Origin: Eledone cirrhosa
Taxonomy: Eukaryota
NCBI GenBank assembly: GCA_964016885.1
Contig: OZ024756.1
Coordinates: 31,930,001 to 31,994,000 of the forward strand
Direction: 5' to 3'
Length of the DNA: 64,000 nucleotides
Shown here one piece after another: positions 57,040 through 64,000 of the stretch (position 1 is the first letter of the stretch; every line of letters starts with the position of its first letter). The translations under genes were made by a program, and so were the position numbers. Under the pieces are notes generated by a model. It had not been told where the DNA came from. It ran no database searches and saw only the letters and a program-made list of their open reading frames with translations.

Positions 57040-57090
57040 AACCAGTAAGACCCCGACAGCTGAGCTCAAGCCGTTTCGACGGCTAATTCT
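57037..57090 (-). mobile_element. 54-bp terminal fragment identical to 16638-16691
   Basis: aggaaccagtaagaccccgacagctgagctcaagccgtttcgacggctaattct embedded in (TA)n. Confidence 0.9.
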
Positions 57091-57160
57091 ATATATATAT
57101 ATGTATTTTATATATATATATATAATATAAAATCAAAAGATGGTTAAAAGAGTTCCATGT

Positions 57161-57230
57161 ATTTTATTATGCGCATTTCAAAAAACAAATATCATCATGG
57201 GATGATATTTGCGTTCTCATCAGATAAAAT
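57161..57230 (-). ncRNA. Canonical type I hammerhead ribozyme
   Basis: attttat-CTGATGA-gaacgcaaatatcatc.ccat.gatgatatttgtttttt-GAAA-tgcgca-TA-ataaaat; 7-bp stem I and palindromic stem III. Confidence 0.85.
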
Positions 57231-58200
57231 CGGGAGATATGATATGAAGCTTAAAAAACACTTGCGAGCAATGAAGTGTTAAATCAATATATGAAAAATA
57301 AAATAAGATGGATATATGAGATTGGAAAAAGGGAAAGGAAGGGGGGAAGGAACAGGTAAGGAAGAGGGAGAAAGAATATAGATAGAAGAAAAAAAATATA
57401 ATAATAAGGGAAGGATGACGGAGGAGGAGTATAAGAAGGAAGGGTGAGAGAGGAGGAGAAAATGAGTGAGAGAGAAAGAGAGATAACCTTTAATACTGAG
57501 AAACACTGTCTCACAGAGAAAAATAAAACACCGTTGTAAGATAATACATAATTTAAAAAATTAAGAAATTAAAAGTTAATGTGGTTTATGAATGGTGATG
57601 CTTATGATTAAAGAAAAAGGAATTAAGAATACTATTTATTTAAGGTTTATATATTGAAGGGTTTAATAAGATGTGCGAAAAGGAATTTACTAAAATGTAT
57701 TATTAAAATAAAATATATTAAGAAGATAAGGTGAATGAAGATAAGGTTAAATGAATTATGAACTTAGAGGAATTAATTAGGGTCCAAGTTTGTTTCTATA
57801 TATTGTAATAGGAAAAAGTAAATAATAGATTTAATACGAGCACGGAAGGAGAGAAGAAAGAAAAAATTCAAGAAAGAAAAAATATATAACGTCAAAAAAT
57901 ATATGTTTACAAAATTTCTCTAATGGTAATATTAGTATATATTAAAAAAAAATTTGTATGACCGAGAATATAAGGAAAATGCTATAGTGAGTTATAATAT
58001 GAATTAAGAAGTAATTGAGAAGTAAAAGTTGCAGATTAAAGATTAGAAATTAAAAAAGAAGAAAATTAGGGGACCGCCAACGACATAATATGAGTAATAT
58101 TGTATAATATACTGAAATAAGGTAGAAAGATGGGTATATTTGTAAAAAATCTAAAAGCGTTTGAGAAAAGAAGATTTTAAACTACTTAGGTAGTAAGATA

Positions 58201-58410
58201 TTAGCTGTATACTTTATGGAAAGTTCTATGGCATTTATGCAAGCAGAGCGAAAATAAATCCGTACGCCTATTTATTATAGAATTAAAATTAGAGATAATG
58301 GTAAATTTCTCCGCTAGGCAGAGATTACATGTTCTGGATAGGGAAGAATTAAGGTAAGGAGAGGCGTTGCAAACCTTCCTCCAAGAGATGTTGTAGTTAA
58401 TACTCCAGTC
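58201..58410 (-). pseudogene. PLE GIY-YIG endonuclease C-terminal remnant
   Basis: Manual translation DWSINYNISWRKVCNASPYLNSSLSRTCNLCLAEKFTIISNFNSIINRRTDLFSLCLHKCHRTFHKVYS*; same motif pattern as 17843-18082. Confidence 0.8.
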
Positions 58411-58672
58411 CTATGAACTGTTGAGTGCTACTTATCCGATATTTGCATTGGTTTATTGTGCTACAATAAAACTCACCTCCTTCACACACACACACACACA
58501 CATAATATATATATATATTCTTTAAATCCATCGGCCAATGACCTCCACCCACCCATATATATATATATACATACATATATGTATATATACATGTATATAT
58601 ACATACACATATATATATATATACATACACACACACATACACACACACATACACACACACATATATATATAT

Positions 58673-59003
58673 ACGGGATAACAGGTTATCGGTATAGGCA
58701 GTCCACTTAGATGTAATCCAGTTAGAGTACTCCGTGTAGTGGATAGTATTAACGTGTGGCTTAGTTTGACTCAACAAGACGTTTCCATAGTGATGCTGCG
58801 AGTTCGCGGTGATTTCTTTGTAGTTTATAATTGGAGTAATAATAATTCAAGAAAGAAGAGTGACATGGTTCGCTATACAATAAGGGCTTTATTCACATTG
58901 CTGACAATTGTTTCTTTGAACTGGTAGGTCTAGAGTTCGCTACCCGCCTGATTTTGCGTCAATCGATCTCCAATACTTTGTTTACAACCACTCTTCGTTC
59001 TTG

Positions 59004-59005
<2 letters not shown>
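58673..59005 (-). mobile_element. PLE-like terminus related to 27452-27826; inverted homolog at ~60330-60463
   Basis: Shared gggataaca..ttatcg.tatagg, gtttgactcaacaaga.gtttcc and ttggagtaataata; minus strand GAAA-caattg-TC. Confidence 0.6.
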
Positions 59006-59060
<55 letters not shown>

Positions 59061-59751
59061 TATGTATTCATTTTATATGTATGTCCAAGTCCGCGTTTAG
59101 ATCTCATAAGGGAAATCTGTTAAATAAACATTCGACCTGATATAGTAATAAGCGATAGTAGGTGGGTAATTTATGACCGTCTATATCGGGACAATGCTCC
59201 AGCGTGCCAGCAGTCTAATTGCTGAGAGAGATAAAATAGTAAAAAAGATTCTTTTCAGTTTTCTGTTCCGCCATTTTAAACTCTTATTTAGAAATGAAAA
59301 CATACGTTAAAAAAAAAAAAATGCATACGGAATAACATCGTATCTTTCCTAAACAGGAAAGGAAATAAGTGAGATAGTTATTTATCATATACGTTCTGAT
59401 TGGATTAAATTACACTTTCAACGAGAAAAAAGAAATCAAATCAAAATGAAAAAAAAAAAAAAATAATAATAATAAAAAAATCAATTTCCATTCTCAAAAA
59501 TAAACTAGAGATAAACTAGAGATAAAAAATATATACACTAAATGGCGTCAGGATAGCACTTAATTATTTCAGCGTAAACCCCTGTCGCATTTTTTATACT
59601 ATTTTTTAAAATTATATTTTGTTTAGTTTTTGTATACAAATCTGCAGTATACGAGATCGTCCCATTTCTTCCTCACACTTAATAGCTCGCTCTATTTCTT
59701 TGTATTCTTAGTATCACGCTTTGGAGGAAGTATATATATATAAATAAATAT

Positions 59752-59822
<71 letters not shown>

Positions 59823-60061
59823 ATGTATGTATTTATATATATCTATCTATGTATGTTTGTGTGTGTCTATATATAAATAGGTAACAGTATATTTTACACA
59901 CATTGAAAACGTGAGTGTGTTCAGTTTTAATTATTTTTTCTATGTATCTTCGTTATTACATGAAATTTAGTTCTAATTATAAAAATCCGGCAGGCTTCAG
60001 CTACTGAATATATATATTTAAAATACGGTGTCCTTGAAATCAATAGTACTTCCATAAATAA

Positions 60062-60245
60062 TTGTGTTTACGTTTGGCACAAGGCCAGACATTTGAAGGG
60101 AAAGGGACAGTCAATTAAATCGACCTCAGTGCATTACTGGTGTATACAACAATAATAATAAATGTTTCTACTTTTGGCACATGGCCAGACATTTGAAGGG
60201 AAAGGGACAGTCGATTAAATCGACCTCAGTGCATTACTGGTACTT
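60062..60245 (-). mobile_element. Tandem SINE A long-tail fragments
   Basis: tttggcaca.ggccagacatttgaagggaaagggacagtc.attaaatcgacctcagtgcattactggt occurs twice. Confidence 0.8.
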
Positions 60246-60433
60246 CCATAAATAATACGCCAACAATATATATTACCTTATGCAGCGTTCTCGGGTTCAC
60301 CTGGTTTCTTATCACACTTTCCTTGTTATGCTTGTATTGGTGAGCGATTGACGCAAAAAACAGGCGGGTAGCGATCTCTAGACCTACCAGTTCAGAGAGA
60401 CAATTGTCAGCAATGTGAATAATGCCCTTATTG

Positions 60434-60517
60434 TATAGCAAACCATGTCACTCTTCTTTCTTGATATATATATATATATATATATATCAAGAAAGAAGAG
60501 TGACATGGTTTGCTATA
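60434..60517. repeat. Perfect palindrome centred on (TA)n
   Basis: tatagcaaaccatgtcactcttctttcttg (at)n caagaaagaagagtgacatggtttgctata. Confidence 0.9.
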
Positions 60518-60971
60518 TATATATTACGTTTCAAGTTTGAACGCCGTCGCGTTCCCTAAATAACGTATATTTATTTTTGAATAACTCAACAGCTCAACTA
60601 TAGTTTAATATCCCTACTTTTATTCTATCTAACAGATATATGTTTTGTTTGAAATCAATATGGAAGAATTTTGTTCCTCTTGCTCTATTCAGGTCAGAAT
60701 GGTACTTTGCAGTATCATTATATTTATTTATTTGTATATTTTAAAATTATATTCCCATTTTGTTGCTGATGTTGTAGGAACACATTTTATTTTATTTTAT
60801 TGTCGTCCATTTTGTTTTAATATTTCTGCTTCCACTACAGTTTTGAGCTGTATGCTTTCGTAAATAACAACAACAACAACAACAACAACACTTACAAAGA
60901 CGACAGCAACGATTATATGTACATCAGCGATAGCAATAACACGTACAACAACGTCAACGGCAACAACAGCA

Positions 60972-61048
<77 letters not shown>

Positions 61049-61069
61049 AGGGTGATCGACTGGCACCTA

Positions 61070-61598
61070 TGCTTTCTTTATTAACCACAAGGGTTTGCAC
61101 AAAGTAGACATTAAGGACAGTACATGGCAATACAGGACCGTACAAAAGGGCATTTCTGCGTGTAAAAAAAACATAAAACAGAGGATGTAATAATAGAACA
61201 ATGAAAAAAATTCCCCAATAGGGGGGAGACTTCCGAGGGACATTCGTGGAGAAAGCCCACTAAAAAGCCACAGTGACCCTGACCACCAGGGCAAGTGCCC
61301 TCTCCCAGTTTTCCACCTTTAATTTACAGACTGGCATCTATGCAAAGTAAACAATTTACCACATTCTGAGAAGTGGTATGAGCATAAGCCAGAGTCGGTG
61401 ATAGAAAACAATCAGCTGAAGGTGCTATGGGATTTTAGGATACAGACGGACAAGAAACTGGAACACTAAAAAAGGCATGCTTGCTGGGAACACCAAGAAC
61501 CTTCCGATACGTCCTGAATATCTGAGGCTGCAGGTAGCGGCTTGATATTAATTTAAACAAACTTTCCAGTTAAATAACATCTATGACTGAGACTCAAA

Positions 61599-61685
<87 letters not shown>

Positions 61686-61919
61686 TTTACCACATTCGGA
61701 GAAGTGGTATAAACATAAGCCAGAGTCGGTGATTAGTCCAGAAGATTAGTCCAGCCCCACTGGAACACTTCAAAAGGCATGCTTGCTGAGAACTGCAAGA
61801 ACCCTCCGATACGTCATGAATATCTGAGGCTGCAGGTAGCGGCTTGATATTCATTTCAACGAACTTTCCAGTTAAATAAAATCAATGACTGAGACTCAAA
61901 GAACAACAACAACAACAAC

Positions 61920-61964
<45 letters not shown>

Positions 61965-62397
61965 AATGATAATAATGCTTTCTTTATTAACCACAAGGGT
62001 TTACATAAATTAAGACATTAAGGACAATACAGGACGGTACATATGGGCATTTCTGCGTGAAAAAAAAACATGCTTTCTCTATTAACCACAAGGGTTTACA
62101 CAAAGTGACACATTAAGGACAGTACAGGACAATACAGGACGGTACTAATGGGCATTTATGCGTGTAAAAAAACAAAACAAAACAGAGGATGTAACAAAAA
62201 AAGAACAATTGAAAATTCCCCAATAGGGGGTGGGGGACTTCCGAGGGCCATCGTAGAGAAAGACCATTAAAAAATCCACGGTGACCCTGACCACCAGAGC
62301 AAGTACCCTCTCCCAGTTGTCCACCTTAAATTTACAGCCACATACTCAGAGTAGGCCCATTCACTCGAGCCATTCTTGCCTCACTCACCCATCTTAA
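61070..62397 (-). mobile_element. L1/Tx1-like 3' ends (61070-61329, 61977-62070, 62071-62397)
   Basis: Repeated unit ending tgtggttAATAAAgaaagca on the minus strand. The last copy retains a putative ORF end RWVSEARMARVNGPTLSMWL*. Adjacent to (AAT)n. Confidence 0.6.
61330..61902 (+). mobile_element. Two internally deleted R4/Dong-like 3' fragments with (TAA)n/(CAA)n tails
   Basis: WHLCKVNNLPHSEKWYEHKPESVIENNQLKVLWDFRIQTDKKLEH...KACLLGT; copies at 61330-61600 and 61680-61902. Confidence 0.85.
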
Positions 62398-62578
62398 TAA
62401 TTGTTTCTACTATTGGCATCAGGCCAGCAATTATCCCAGTGCATTACTGGTACTTTATTTTATCGACCCCGTAAGGATGAAAGGCAAAGTTAACCTCGGC
62501 GGGATTTGAACTCAGATCATAAAGGGAGGTAACTCTATGCTTCAAAACATGGCGCACGACCCCCCCACCGATACTGTC
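62397..62578 (-). mobile_element. SINE A
   Basis: Family motifs. Confidence 0.9.
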
Positions 62579-62787
62579 ATAATAATACTAGTGAATGTAA
62601 AATAAATTTGAACCTGGTGGTGCAACAAAGACTGACAAGGAACTGTTGAAATTTTAAAAATGACGATGATGATGATATAGCAACAGCAACAACATCGACA
62701 ATAACAGCAACACTGATAATACAAATAAAAATAGTTATAATGTTAGCAATATAGACAAAATGAAATAGAATGTAAACACACCCATCC

Positions 62788-62833
<46 letters not shown>

Positions 62834-62879
62834 GATAAAGAGAGAGTGAGAGTGAGAGTGAGTGAGAGAGTGAGAGTGT

Positions 62880-62886
62880 GAGAAAG

Positions 62887-62918
<32 letters not shown>

Positions 62919-63310
62919 TGACAGAGAAAGATATATATATATATATTGAGAGAGAAAGATATATATATATATATATATTGAGCGAGAAAGATATATATAT
63001 ATATATTGAGAGAGACAGATATATATATATATATATATTGAGAGAGACAGATATATATATATATATTGAGAGAGACAGATATATATATATATATATATTG
63101 AGAGAGAAAGATATATATATATATATTGAGAGAGAAAGATATATATATATATATATATTGAGAGAGACAGATATATATATATATATATATTGAGAGAGAC
63201 AGATATATATATGTATATATATATATTGAGAGAGACAGATATATATATATATATATATATATATATTGAGAGAGACAGATATATATATATATATTGAGAG
63301 AGACAGATAT
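62880..63310. repeat. Compound minisatellite [TTGAGAGAGA(C/A)AG(AT)n] x ~14
   Basis: Direct; variable (AT) length per unit. Confidence 0.9.
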
Positions 63311-63331
63311 ATATATATATATATACATATT

Positions 63332-63397
<66 letters not shown>

Positions 63398-63415
63398 AGG
63401 AGAGAGTGCGAGAGT

Positions 63416-63448
<33 letters not shown>

Positions 63449-64000
63449 AGAGTGAGAAACAAATTGAATTCCAATAATCTCGCCCTTAGATTTCCTCTCA
63501 GAATGTCAAAATGTCATAAGCAACTCGTGATGTGCATATTAGCTCCACAACTTCCTTCTAGATAAATGAATACGAAAGTGATATTTTGTGATTTTGTTGG
63601 CTTTTGTTTATCCTGTTCTGTGTTTCATGCAATGCCTACACCATCTTATCAAAACTTATTAATCACCAAGACAGGAAGAGAGCTACTTCTTATGTCGTGC
63701 TATGCGATACTACGCCATTTGCTGTAAATTTCTGAAGTAATAACAGGAGCGCTGTCGTTACATATCGTAAGAATATAAGATACCAGCCATGGATGATACC
63801 AACCATCTCTATATCGGTATATATGACATATTCGATGTCTTCTGGACAAATAGCGAGCGCCCCCTCTTCTTTATTTTACTGATTGCAACATCAAGAAATG
63901 CACAATATATGTGTGTGTGTAAGAGATAATTAATATATATATATACTACAAAAAACACACACACACATATATATTTATATATATATATATATATATATAT

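Larger units (their letters stand above)
57130..58460 (-). mobile_element. 5'-truncated Penelope-like element (endonuclease C-terminus, ~1 kb 3' UTR, hammerhead)
   Basis: The ORF remnant and the hammerhead are on the same strand in the expected order, ending in (TA)n. Pieces of the UTR are duplicated at ~56085-56175. Confidence 0.8.

Noticed and set aside
62880-63310. Repeat-spacer appearance resembling CRISPR
   Set aside because: The spacers are only (AT)n; eukaryotic context and no cas genes.

Overview
AT-rich, microsatellite-saturated eukaryotic DNA. The SINE and LINE remnants resemble octopod cephalopod repeats, but this is recalled resemblance and was not verified by a search. I cannot support any intact host protein-coding gene: nearly all ORF-track entries are translations of (TA)n, (CA)n, (GA)n or triplet repeats. 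The window is a retroelement graveyard. It holds about 20 copies or fragments of a tRNA-headed SINE, an older second SINE family, RTE-, R4/Dong- and Tx1-like LINE 3' ends, a deleted mariner, two MITE types and a tandem tRNA-like unit. The main signal is a set of distinct Penelope-like element (PLE) remnants sitting in (TA)n tracts. Two keep the endonuclease C-terminus, which the ORF track missed (17843-18082 and 58201-58410, minus strand). Several carry type I hammerhead ribozymes, both canonical and U3-A8 variant cores, some with long structured stem II. They repeatedly form head-to-head, tails-out inverted repeats; the largest has 1183-bp arms (16636-17818 / 18085-19267). Local templated inversions with microhomology junctions also cluster at (TA)n tracts.
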